The notes below the pieces were generated by a model, which was not told the origin of the DNA, did not search any database, and saw only the letters and a list, made by a program, of their open reading frames with translations. Position numbers and translations under genes: made by a program. A stretch of DNA of 64,000 nt from NCBI RefSeq assembly GCF_006345805.1, contig NC_043020.1:19406001-19470000 (forward strand). Reading direction: 5' to 3'. This document shows, piece after piece, positions 42,330 through 53,619 of the stretch. How positions within the stretch are numbered: the stretch's first letter is position 1; each line of letters starts with the position of its first letter. Source of the DNA: Octopus sinensis. Lineage: Eukaryota.

Positions 42330-42575
42330 GTGCCCGAGTAACGTTACTCCAGAGATCATTCGGAAGACCCCATTTTGGTTGCTTGTATTTGCGATTGTAC
42401 ACATTCAGTCATTACCCAACATTTATAACCATAGAATGAAGAGAGCTTGTTAATATAATGAATTCATTAATTTTTATTTGTAATTCTTTAAGAAATTTTA
42501 TAACATCTGAGTTTTTCTTTTTCTGTACACAAAGAAAATACCTGAATCCGATATAGAACTTTCTAGTTTAACTAG

Positions 42576-42654
42576 ATGACTGCTACACAAGAAACATAAC
42601 TGATATGTATCATTTACCTGAAAGTTTGAGGACAGACACCGATTATGAACAAAA
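42576..42654 (+). CDS. Candidate upstream exon of the same gene (phase 1 to 2)
   Basis: ctttctagtttaactag|at gac tgc...caa aa|gtaagt. (D)DCYTRNITDMYHLPESLRTDTDYEQ(K). The phase joins exon 45752 in frame. Confidence 0.5.
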
Positions 42655-42879
42655 GTAAGTTTCTTACTGAAGATTTGTGTTAACTAAATGTCTTTATAGA
42701 TTAAGTGGAAAGAGATGTTGGTAGAAACAAGAGGAAACCTATAAAATCCTCGTAGCCAGCGGTGGATGATCATGTTATGGCTTAGTAAATTTTAATTTAA
42801 TACCTTTGTCACATAATCTCTCTCCCACTCTCTTGTTCTTTCTTCCTCCTCCCCTCTCTCTCTCTCTCTCTCTCACCAT

Positions 42880-43031
42880 ATATATCTGTTTTTCTTTTCT
42901 TTCTCTCTCCTTTCTGTCGAAGAGCGTCGGCTCGAAACGTCGAAGACTTTTCCATCCTTCTCGAGCTTTAAGCCAACACACCTGCTTGTTGTTCCTTCAC
43001 CTATCTTCGTCTTTTGTTTTCTGTAAATTTG

Positions 43032-43036
<5 letters not shown>
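42880..43036 (+). mobile_element. Penelope-like terminal fragment running into (TA)n (related copy 52090-52236; more distant copy 14775-14940 minus)
   Basis: Shared ...gagc....gctcgaaacgt...acacctgcttgt...cttcgtcttttg..tttctgtaaat..aacta(TA)n between the 42.9-kb and 52.1-kb copies. Confidence 0.55.
42910..42945 (+). ncRNA. Hammerhead-like motif, CUGU core variant
   Basis: cuuu-CUGUCGA-a-gagc(gucg)gcuc-GAAAC-GUC-gaag. Confidence 0.45.
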
Positions 43037-43093
<57 letters not shown>

Positions 43094-43105
43094 TGTATGT
43101 ATATA

Positions 43106-43150
<45 letters not shown>

Positions 43151-43171
43151 GTATGTATGTTATATATATAG

Positions 43172-43256
<85 letters not shown>

Positions 43257-43359
43257 TATATAATATATATATATATATACACACACGCATATATATATAT
43301 ATACACGCATATGCATACACACACACGCACACACACATATACATAATCACAAGCACACG

Positions 43360-43580
43360 AATGGGTGCTGAGAAGTTGCAGGTTTTATGGATGTCGCCAC
43401 AAAAGGCCCGTTTGGAGTCCCAACCTTCCGAGTTCTTTTTCAGGACTTAAAAAAAACTGAAGGACCCCTGCAATAAGTGAGAGAATCTGAGAGGGGAATA
43501 TGTTCAATCAAATCGTATTCAACCGATCCTTCTGTATATTCTTTTACCCAAAGTCAGACACTTTTCAGCACCCCCTCGTG
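43360..43580. mobile_element. Mariner-derived MITE (related element 51771-51968)
   Basis: TIR-like gggtgctga.aa.tt / acttttcagcacccc at both loci. Confidence 0.55.
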
Positions 43581-43601
43581 TGTTTGCTCGCGCGCGAGTG
43601 T

Positions 43602-43676
<75 letters not shown>

Positions 43677-43922
43677 CATGCGTGAAGGCGTATGACTTAG
43701 TGGTTAGGGTTTTGCACTCACTACTGTGGGATTGTGGTTTCGATCCCCAAACCGGGTTTTGCGTTTGTATTGTAGAGTAAAATACTTCATTTCATTTCAA
43801 GTAGCTCTACGATCATACCGTCACCTGGCATGTCATGCACCTGTACAAGTAATGTGGTTGTTCAGCAAGGAATTGCAGATCCCTCACAGATCGTCAGACG
43901 ACGACGAATAGATATATATATA

Positions 43923-43967
<45 letters not shown>

Positions 43968-43986
43968 ATTATATATATATATTAGA

Positions 43987-44017
<31 letters not shown>

Positions 44018-44020
44018 AAA

Positions 44021-45050
44021 CCGGTAATTTGACTCCTGATAATTTCACTCCTGATATCAAAAACATAAAATAAAACGTCTAATAAAGATAAAATTTTAAA
44101 AATATAGTAAAAAATAAAATATTACCAAAAGCTTCAGTAACGATGAAGGTTATGAGCTATTACTCGTAAAAAACCCCATCCATCTTATTTTCGGGACTAT
44201 ATTGCTCAATAATTATCTGCAGCCGTTTGTTTATATTTTTGTACAGTAATCCCCCCCCCCATATATATTTTTTTTTAATTGCCCACAAGGGGCTAAACAT
44301 AGAGGGGACAAACAAGGATAGACAGATGGATTAAGTCGATTACATCGACCCCAGTGCGTAACTGGTACTTATTTAATCGACCCCGAAAGGATGAAAGGCT
44401 AAGTCGACCTCGGCGGAATTTGAACTCAGAACGTAACAGCAGACGAAATACTGCTAAGCATTTCGCCCAGCGTGCAAACGATTCTGCCAGCTCGCCGCCT
44501 TCATCTCTTCCCATATCGCGGTTCACTTATCGCGGTTTATTATGTAAGCTTACATCGATTCTTCCGTGGTGTTGTTTTGCATTTATAATAAAATAAACAT
44601 ATGCGAATTATAAAAATAATATAAAAAATATATATACTGTTTCTACTTCGCGGATTTTCACCTATTGCCGGGGGTTTTGGAACGTAACATCCGCGATAGT
44701 CGAGGGATTATTGTACTTCTTTTTAGTCTCGCAGATCTCACCTCTATCAAATTCAACCTTTCTCAGTTGTGCCGAGTGCTCTTCCCTTTTCAATGCAGTA
44801 ATTAATTTCTATACGTTCGGAGATCTGCGAGACCAAAGAAAAGTAGAAAGATATAAACAAACGACTAAAGAAAATAAGATGGACTTTTTTTACGAGCAAT
44901 AGCTTATAACCTTCTTCCTTTTTGAAGCTTTTAGTATTATTTTAATGTTTTACTGTACTTTTTATTTTATCTTTAGTTAACGTTTTATTTTGTTCTAATA
45001 TTTGGAGTGAAATTACCAGGAGTAAAATTGACTAGCAGTCAAATTACCGG
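44021..45050. mobile_element. TIR element with subterminal repeats hosting nested insertions
   Basis: ccggtaatttgact...(44021) and ...agtcaaattaccgg (45050), with repeated aatttcactcc motifs. No TSD resolved. Confidence 0.55.
44244..44713. mobile_element. Tigger/pogo-like MITE containing a SINE
   Basis: ta|cagtaatccc...gagggattattg|ta. SINE on the minus strand at about 44255-44500 with an apparent CCCATAT TSD. Confidence 0.7.
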
Positions 45051-45751
45051 GAGACAAATTAGAACTTAATTTATATTGTGGAAAAGTGGAAACTGGATGA
45101 GGTTAAATGTGGATGAGGTTAACTGGAACTGCAGAGGGAAAAAATTACATATACCTGTTTGGATTTCCGAAGGACGTAACTCTATTGGATAAGAAGATCA
45201 AAGCAGTGTGTTTAAAGCAGAGACTACTGGGTGATGAGGGAAGGCAAAATATAGTGATAGACCTGGGCAGCGAGCTGGCAGAATCGTTAGCATGCTGGGG
45301 CAAAATACTTAGTGGCATGTCGTCTGTTTTTACCTTCTGAGTTCAAATTCCGGCGGGTTCCCCTTTGCCTTTAATCTCTTCGTGCTAGTTGATTACTGGG
45401 GTCGATGTAATCAACTTACATACTCCTTTGAAATTGCTGGCCTTGTAACTTACAACCTAAGAGTTGAGGTTCTGCTTGCAGACACCTATGACAGAATATA
45501 AGATGCCAAGCTGTTCAGTAGCCTATCAACTCAGTCTTACACATGAAATTGTACAAAGAATAAATTTTATTAATGTTTATAAAACTTTCAATCCTTTCTC
45601 TGATTGAAATTTAGGCTAAAAAGGGTCTTAGCGTTTCCTAAAAGACCAAAACAACTCAAATACGTTTAAGATAGACAAAATAAAACACCAATGAAACAAC
45701 ACCTTGAAATAAGTTTTACACTTCTCAGTTTACTCTTCTATTCCCTTTCAG

Positions 45752-45935
45752 AGGTGGGCTTTTCTACAGAACATGTAAACTAGATTTAAATGTGGTGCTT
45801 AAGTGTGTAGATACAGCGATTAAGGCCCGGAATGACAACTTCAAAAATCTACTTAAGAAAATTTATTTACATATTGAAAAGAAAAATAGATTATATCAGC
45901 GACAGAAGTCAGCTGTTGAAGAGCATTACAAAGAG
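45752..45935 (+). CDS. Internal exon of an uncharacterised coiled-coil protein gene (phase 2 to 0)
   Basis: Strong acceptor tactcttctattccctttcag| and donor gag|gtcagt. Open frame GGLFYRTCKLDLNVVLKCVDTAIKARNDNFKNLLKKIYLHIEKKNRLYQRQKSAVEEHYKE. Confidence 0.7.
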
Positions 45936-47013
45936 GTCAGTGAGTTTGATTTCCAGGTTTTCATCTATAAAGATTTTATTGTTAACAAGAGAGAAAGCTG
46001 TTTTATGGTTGTTTTTGACAGATCAGTATAGTAGCAAAGTCTGGTGTCCAGAGAAAATCATGCTCCTTACCAAGCAGACTTGGTAGGGTTGCCCGTTTCT
46101 TTGCCGATCAGGTTCTATTCATTTTTAACATCTCTGTTACGGGTTACATACAATGACTAGCCGTAAGTAAGGGCGCGTGGCTCAGCGGTTAGGATATTCG
46201 GTTCACGATCTTAAAGGCGTGAGTTTGATTCCCGGCGCCGCGTACTGTCGTTGAGCAAGACACTTTACTTCACGTTGCTCCAGTCCAATCAGCTGGTATA
46301 AATGATTAGTACTTGTGCTTCAAAGGGCCAACTTCGTCACATTCTGTGTCATGCTAAACCTCCCTGAGAACTACGTTAAGGGTGCACGTGTCTGTGGAGT
46401 ATTCAGCCACTAGCACACTACTTTCATAAGCAGATTGTTTCGTTGATCGGATCAACTGGAACACGCTATGTCATAACTAACAAAGTACCGGTTATGGATG
46501 GCCGTAGCCGAGAAAGGTAAATTGAGTCGATAAAAAATTTTCATGATGAAATGAAGGTGTGAGTCAGCATTGGAGTGGGTGGGGAGAGTAAGCCCTCTGA
46601 ACACCTACTGAAAGAGGCGCTCATCGTGATAAAGAGTGTAGGTCCCTAACAGAGCTGAAAAGCCACACCTGTCTGTTCTGTTCTTGTTAAAGAGAACAAT
46701 CAAGCAATGGCATTGCTCGAAATTGGGCGGCAGCCATCAAGTATGTATAAATACATATATTCGTATACACGGGGAACAACGTTATTTTTTTTTGTTTTAT
46801 GCTTTACATTCCTGGTATTTTCATAATGTGTTTTTTCTTCTTTTTTTTAAAGGTAGTTTGGAACAATAGAGTCCCTAAATTCATATTCGACTTATCCAGA
46901 CCTTCATCTCAAAATTGATTTGGCGCCGGTGTCGTTTCATATATATTAGTTGAATTCACATAGACTTTTCCAACAGACGGTTTTTTTTTTACTATTTGGC
47001 TTCTATGTCAGCC

Positions 47014-47100
<87 letters not shown>

Positions 47101-47103
<3 letters not shown>

Positions 47104-47522
47104 GTGGGTGTTATAATAAGGGGTAAAATCATTAATAATTTTACCAGGTGGTCAGCACGGAAATAAAACCTCACAGGTAAATTTTACAAAATATTTTATA
47201 ATCATATACATAATATAATAAGGGATTGGCTATACGCCTCACCACGCACTGAAGAAATAGACGCCAAAGGCCACTATTACCACCTTTAAATCTCTGAGAA
47301 TAACACACTATATTGTAGGCGAGCAAAAGAAAAATAATGAATCAACAACTTTTGGTTAACCGCGTACAAGAATCCTGTTTCAAGCTTAAAGTAAAACATA
47401 TTACCTAATATTACCTATTGCTATCATCAGGTGGTAATAGTGGCCTTTGGCCTCATTTTCTACAGTGCGTGGTGAGGCGTATAGCCAATCCCTTGTTATA
47501 ATTATGTGTATAATTATGAAAT

Positions 47523-47525
<3 letters not shown>
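47101..47525. mobile_element. Penelope-like pLTR remnant with inverted arms in (TA)n
   Basis: ~95-bp inverted arms 47190-47285/47429-47524 enclosing a hammerhead-like motif. (TA)n flanks. Confidence 0.55.
47358..47436 (-). ncRNA. Degenerate hammerhead-like motif with long loop II
   Basis: Minus strand: accac-CUGAUGA-uagc...gcuu-GAAAC-aggauucuu-GUA-cgcggu. Stem I and pair 10.1/11.1 are imperfect. Confidence 0.4.
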
Positions 47526-47587
<62 letters not shown>

Positions 47588-47592
<5 letters not shown>

Positions 47593-47836
47593 AACAACTC
47601 ATAAATAAGGGCTAAAGAAAATTATTTCTATGCTAATATGCTGATAACATACTTTTAAATCGTCAATTTCCACATATTATTTACTCGCTACAGAAAACAC
47701 GATTTCCTCGATTTCAGCTCTACGTATTTTCTGTAGCGAGTAAATAATATGTGGAAATTGACGATTTAAAAGTCTGATTATCAGCATATTGACATAGAAA
47801 TAATTTTCTTTAGCTCTTATTTATAAGTTGTTTATA
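47588..47836. repeat. Foldback element starting in (TA)n
   Basis: ~115-bp inverted arms (47588-47702/47721-47836) with a short loop. Confidence 0.75.
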
Positions 47837-47926
47837 ATTTTAACCTTAAAGGTATTGTAATATGCTGCCATATATTCTGATGGAATTTTTTTCTGTAAAA
47901 AAACTTCATCCTATATTAGTAGTATG

Positions 47927-47958
<32 letters not shown>

Positions 47959-48066
47959 TATAGGATATAGGATATAGGATATATATATATATATATATAT
48001 ATAACCATAGGATATAGGATATAGGATATATATAATAAAGGAATTTATTTTAACTTTGTTTGACAG

Positions 48067-48162
48067 ATGCAGAAACTCAGGGCCCATGCACGTCGGGTCA
48101 ATGAAGAGAAAACTGAAGCAAAAAAATTATATGAATTAGACATTACTAGCTTCAAAGCTCAG
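48067..48162 (+). CDS. 96-nt phase-0 repeat exon A, coiled-coil protein
   Basis: tttgtttgacag|...cag|gtaagt. MQKLRAHARRVNEEKTEAKKLYELDITSFKAQ. Confidence 0.8.
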
Positions 48163-48574
48163 GTAAGTAAATTTGGTTGCATTCATTTTAAAAAATTATA
48201 TTTCCATCAATCTTTCTAGATGTCCAATAGCTGAGAGGATACGCCACAGAGCTATTGACTATATTTATCTGTCCTTAACCCAAATAAAAATATTAACTTG
48301 CTCTTTTTTTTTTCTTCATCTCGCTCCCCTGTTCTTGAATTGCAAATGCATAGCCTTCGAAGAGTGATGTGAAGTAGCGATCACAAGTCGAAAAGTGGCT
48401 TCCCTACATGTCAATGTTACAATCTTCAAGTCTACAAGAAACATACCCTTGCATAGTCTCTTTTGGTACCTGCTAGGATCTATTTGTATTCCCAAACCCT
48501 TGAAAACAGTGGCCCAGCATAGCCATATTCTAATGACTGAAACCAATAATAGAATAAAATATTTTGACCAACAG

Positions 48575-48670
48575 ATACTTGCGCTTCAAGATCAAATTCG
48601 TCGAGTTAATATAAGAAAACAGGAAAATGAACAGAGATGTAAGGAAGAAATGAATAATCTTCGGACAACG
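48575..48670 (+). CDS. 96-nt phase-0 repeat exon B, coiled-coil protein
   Basis: ttttgaccaacag|...acg|gtaagt. ILALQDQIRRVNIRKQENEQRCKEEMNNLRTT. Confidence 0.8.
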
Positions 48671-49948
48671 GTAAGTCGGTTTAGATTCCCTTTCTGTATC
48701 CCTATCAATCTACAAAGAAGTTGTGTTGTAATGAGGTTCAGTCACTTGTCTGCTAATTGCATTTACCTGCCTGCAACCCAAGTAACATCACCTCTTTATT
48801 CTTTATCTTGTTTACCACAGAGTATTTTGATGAACAAGCATGCTGTAATGAATAAGTCCCAATCCTTAGTCACTGAGATGTAGTTTCCCATAGTAAGGAG
48901 ATTCAAGTGTTGAACGTTCCAAGAAATCTGATGCAGTTTGGTTGTGAATTTGCCGCTACGGGGTGTTCCACTTGCACAGCACGGGGTTGCACAACACTTG
49001 GAGCAGGGAACTTCTCTTTACCTACGGATTGATTAATACTTTGTGAGGAGAATTTCATCGATAGAAAAAGTGCAGATGTCCTTTTAGTATCATATTCATA
49101 ATCATAATCATTACGTCTGCAATCCAAGCTGCATGAGTTAGATAAACCGTGGATGTCCAATGTAGTTCATACGCTGTACTGTAACCCTTCAAGATGTATC
49201 AGAAAGCCATGATTCATACGTTTCAGTTTTAATATGAGTTACAAAGAACTGGAAGCATTTTAAAAACTCCAATCACTTTAGAAAGTGTACTAGGTACATC
49301 TTATTATGGCACCAGCGCAGTAAACTAGCCTAAAGTCATGTAAAGGTCATTATCACTTTGCAATGTCCTCATTTGTTATAAGCAGCGTAACCAAAAGGTG
49401 AGAATATATGAAAGAGAGAGAGAGGGGGGATGAGAATGTGAAGATGAATGGAGTGAGAGAATATTAGGAGACACAAGGTAACTGGATTGAAAGGGTGGTA
49501 CATGAGGATAGGGACAGCACAAAATGGATGAGTAAAACAGAGACCACTTCGACATCTGACGCATGGCACACCGTGCACCTGTACAGGTAATGTCAAATTT
49601 GGTGGAGGAAGAGAGGTAAGGAGCATCACAAACATTTGATCGCTATAAACAAATCATCTGTATAGGTTGTTCGGCAAAAAATTGCGGAATCGTCTTTCTC
49701 TAATCCTTGCACCTGTGTGTGTGTGTGTGAATGAGTGTGTGTGTGTGTGTGTGTGAATGAGTGAAATGTGTGAGTGAGTGCGCGCGTGCGCATGTTTATA
49801 TTAACATTGGCCAAAAACTGGTCAAGTCGTGTCCCTTGTTGTGTCCCTTCTTGTTTTGTCATCTAGTGAATCGACAAATAGTGTTCGATAAAACATTCCG
49901 GAGATAAATAAGTATTAGGGTTAATTTAATAGTCTAAACAGGCAGGGA

Positions 49949-50268
49949 ATGTGGAGGCGCAATGGCCCAGTGGTTAGGGCAGCGGACTCGCGGTCGGAGG
50001 ATCGCAGTTTCGATTCCCAGACCGGACGTTGTGTGTGTTTATTGAGCGAAAACACCTAAAGTTCCATGAGGTTCCGGCAGGGGTGGTGGCAACCCCTGTT
50101 GTACTCTTTCGCCCCAACTTTCTTTCACTCTTTCTTCCTGTTTCTTGGGTAACGCTGCGATGGACTGGCATCCCGTCCGGCTGGGGGAAACACATACGCC
50201 ACAGAAACCGGGAAACCGGGCCCATGAGCCTGGCTAGGCTTGAAAAGGGCGCATAAAAAATAAATATA
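49949..50268 (+). mobile_element. Young tRNA-headed SINE family D with 14-bp TSD (diverged copy 27290-27545 minus)
   Basis: A box tggcccagtggtt, B box gtttcgattccc, A-rich tail. TSD taaacaggc(a/g)ggga at 49935-48 and 50269-82. Confidence 0.85.
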
Positions 50269-50359
50269 TAAACAGGCGGGGACAGTAAAACTCATACATA
50301 TCTGTAATTCTATGACTAAAACTAGTAAAGAATAAAAGGTTTTATTTTAATTTTGGCAG

Positions 50360-50458
50360 ATAGTAACACTTCAAGCTCATGTGAATCTGCTCACTTTTGA
50401 GAAACAGAAAGCAGAGGAAACGATGAGCGAGATAAATGCGATAAATACGAGAAGAGAG
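50360..50458 (+). CDS. 99-nt phase-0 repeat exon C, coiled-coil protein
   Basis: ttttaattttggcag|...gag|gtaagt. IVTLQAHVNLLTFEKQKAEETMSEINAINTRRE. Confidence 0.8.
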
Positions 50459-50758
50459 GTAAGTAAATTTGGTTGCATTCATGTTTAAAACTTTTCCAGC
50501 AATCTTCCTACACGCGTAATGAATGACAAGCTAAAGCAGTTTGCTACAGAAAGCATTTAACTCGCCTCAGCTTGAATGACAACACCTCTTTTAGTGTTTT
50601 TGTTATTACTCTCCTGTTGGGTGAACGGTAAGAACTGTAATGTTAAATTACTCAGATAAGCCGCATAGCCAGAAGTTCGAATCTATACTTATTGTGTTGT
50701 ACACACAGATAGAATATAAATATGTTTACCACAGAGTATTTTTAATGGGCAAACAACT

Positions 50759-50995
50759 TGTAGCGTAGTCCGGTGGTATCCTCACTGTTTGAGAGAGATC
50801 TTAGAAATAACATCGTAGCAGATAACAGTTAACTTTTGGCCGCTATTTGGACCCTGCTGTGTCCACTGCTCTGATTGGTTGGCATTGGCGCAGTTTGTCT
50901 CTTGACTTATTTCGCGCCAATGTGAGAACCAACCAATCAGGACCTTCCAATAAGATCTCTCTCAAACAGTGAGGATACCACCGAGCTACGCTACA
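50759..50995. mobile_element. 237-bp MITE with TGT...ACA termini and 4-bp TSD (Ginger-like)
   Basis: ~45-bp TIR tgtagcgtag..ggtggtatcctcactgtttgagagagatctta. TSD AACT at 50755-58 and 50996-99. Confidence 0.7.
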
Positions 50996-51469
50996 AACTT
51001 ATGGCAAATAAGTTTCAGTTGTGCCTTGCTGTTATTTGGTTTTCTGTACTAAGGAAACCTGCCCAACAGAGTGCAGGTACAGATGTTCGCAACTACACGG
51101 TCCCACTTTCAATCCTACCGTGTGGCGTCTTAAGCACGAGATTTATGCAATCGCCTCTTTCGATTAACAAACAATTTGGATGGAAAATGTGCAAATGTCT
51201 GGTGTGTGTGTGCGTGAGTGTGAATGTATAAAAATGGGAGTGTATTATCACCAGTTTAAAAATTGTATTATGTCGTGTGCCTCTTTCTTTGCCTTATAAC
51301 TTAGTGGTTCAACAAAAACAATCGATTAAATAATTAACTGACAGAAATTACTGCTAGGGTCGTTTTGATGGCCAAAATACTTGCTGATAGTGTTTCAGCT
51401 TAACTACAATCTAATGGCTGAAACTAAAAAAACCCTTTTATTTAAATTTATATTTACTTTGCGTGACAG

Positions 51470-51565
51470 GCAAAGAAACTTCAATCGCGCGTTCGTGAAA
51501 TCGCCAAAAAGAAACAGGAAATAGAAAAATTACATGTGATGCAAATGAAGGTATTCAAGACAAAC
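51470..51565 (+). CDS. 96-nt phase-0 repeat exon D, coiled-coil protein
   Basis: tttactttgcgtgacag|...aac|gtaagt. AKKLQSRVREIAKKKQEIEKLHVMQMKVFKTN. Confidence 0.8.
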
Positions 51566-52109
51566 GTAAGTAAATTTGGTGGAATTAACTGTGCTATTAA
51601 GAAGATTGACCCAAACGAAATAGTTCTGGGTTCAGTCCCCGAACGCAGCATCTTAGCCAAATGTCTTCTACTATAGTCTGGGTCCAACCAAACCATTGTA
51701 AGTGGATTTCGTATAAAGAGACTCAAAGAAGCTTGTGGCAAACACACACACACACACACACAAACACAATAGAGGGTGCTGAAATGTTCCTGGCTTTCGG
51801 TAAAAGAAAATACAGGAAGATCAGTTAATCCTAATTTTATTCGTTTTCTTCTCTCAATTCACACACTTGTTGCAGTGGTCCTTCAGTTAAAGAACTCGGA
51901 ATGTCAGGCCTCCAGTCAGGCATTTCGTGATTCCCTTGAAGCCAAGAAGTTTTCAGCGCACCTTCGTTTTGGAATCACCAATATTTTATTATCTCCCTTT
52001 CTTTCTACCTCTCCTATCAAACCTTTTTTTCCCAAACCGGTCGCTATGCTTGATTGCTAAATCCACAAGTTTCTTTTTTTATTCACTCTCTGTTTATTTT
52101 CTCTTATTC

Positions 52110-52145
52110 ATTTCTGTTGACGAGCGTAGGCTCGAAACGTAAAAT
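52110..52145 (+). ncRNA. Hammerhead-like motif, CUGU core variant
   Basis: auuu-CUGUUGA-c-gagc(guag)gcuc-GAAAC-GUA-aaau. Confidence 0.45.
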
Positions 52146-52231
52146 ACTTCCCCACTTTCCCGAACGTCAAACTAATACACCTGCTTGTCGTTCATACACC
52201 TGTCTTCGTCTTTTGTGTTTCTGTAAATATC

Positions 52232-52271
<40 letters not shown>

Positions 52272-53619
52272 TATATTATATATATATATATATATAAATG
52301 TTTGCATATATATATAAAAGTATATATGTATACACGTGTTTTCGCCGCTCCTGACCTGTCAGCGGCCGAAGACACAGAAGACACAGAATAACAAATACAA
52401 CCCAGCAGGATTACTGATAAACAACTGTAATTACTGGAAGATCTACTACTTTCTGTGAGTAATTTGAATTTCCCTCAAAATAAGTTAAAGAATTCCAAAC
52501 CTACAGTTTGGGACAAAAATTTTAGAATCATAAATATCTCCATTTTTTGTGTGAACATTTTGCCGTCACCTCTTCCTTGAGTATCAGATTATGTAAAATG
52601 CCTTTATTGTAACAACACAATTAAATGCACGCTAAAAGTATGACACCACAATTAAATGCACGCTAAAAGTATGGACGTAAACACCAGCTAACCTTTATCT
52701 TCTTCTTGACATACCTTTTATTGCAATTGCATTATTAAACACGCGGAGAATAAGAAGAAAAAAAAAGAAAAAGAAAAGAAAAAATACTATTTATAGTTCA
52801 CTCTGCTCGTACATGACTCTATTCACAAGTACTGTTTATAGTCGGCCCCTCCTTTGATTTTTCTCAAAGTCAAGGTCACTGTTTCACAAGTTCCATCAAC
52901 ACTGTTGCGGTCAATTTGAACTCTATTTGACCGACCGTTCTTCATCTCACTTTATGAGCTATTTACTACTGCTGCTATCAGAATTTACTGCAGTTACTAC
53001 TATCGCTACAATTAGAAACATTCAAGTTGACGATGACACCAAAATATCTCTCTCCGTGTCTGAATTATACCGGTGGCACCAACGAAAAATCCCTTTCTTT
53101 CTCTGTGCTGGGAGAAAAGAGAATTTACTATAAAAACAAACCCCCAGCCCTCCCTCCAACGTATAATTTGCTTTAAAAAGAAATACTTTAAAAGGGAAAA
53201 ACGTGAGAAAAAAAAAGAAAAATTAATAATCTAATTTAACAATAGACAAAAACATGTGCCTTCTCGCACATAAACACAGTATTCACACATATACAAACAT
53301 GCGCAGATGCAATTATTGAAGTACTAAATGGCACGTCAAATGATATTTAATCGTGTGGAACATGTTACATGCATATCAATATTCTAAAGTTTGGACATAC
53401 TATCCCTTATCCTAAAGCTGCTTCAGACAATTAGGAAGGGTTCCCGACTCGTTGCACCGTCTGCTTTCAATCTTGGATTGTGATTCGGCTCAGCCCAAAC
53501 TCTCTCAGTTTTTGTCTGCTGTTGCCTACTCCTACAAGGATTGCACCTGTTTTTGTTCCTGATTTAACCCCGATTTGTCCTAGAGCCCATAGAAGATTGT
53601 TTTTAGTCAACCATCCATC

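Noticed and set aside
48395-48883. 162-aa ORF
   Set aside because: Only 48575-48670 is exon-like; the rest is intronic read-through.
52615-52675. Short direct repeats resembling CRISPR units (30-bp period here; 11-bp units at 25044; TAGGATA at 47960)
   Set aside because: Simple tandem repeats without unique spacers or cas genes, in eukaryotic DNA.
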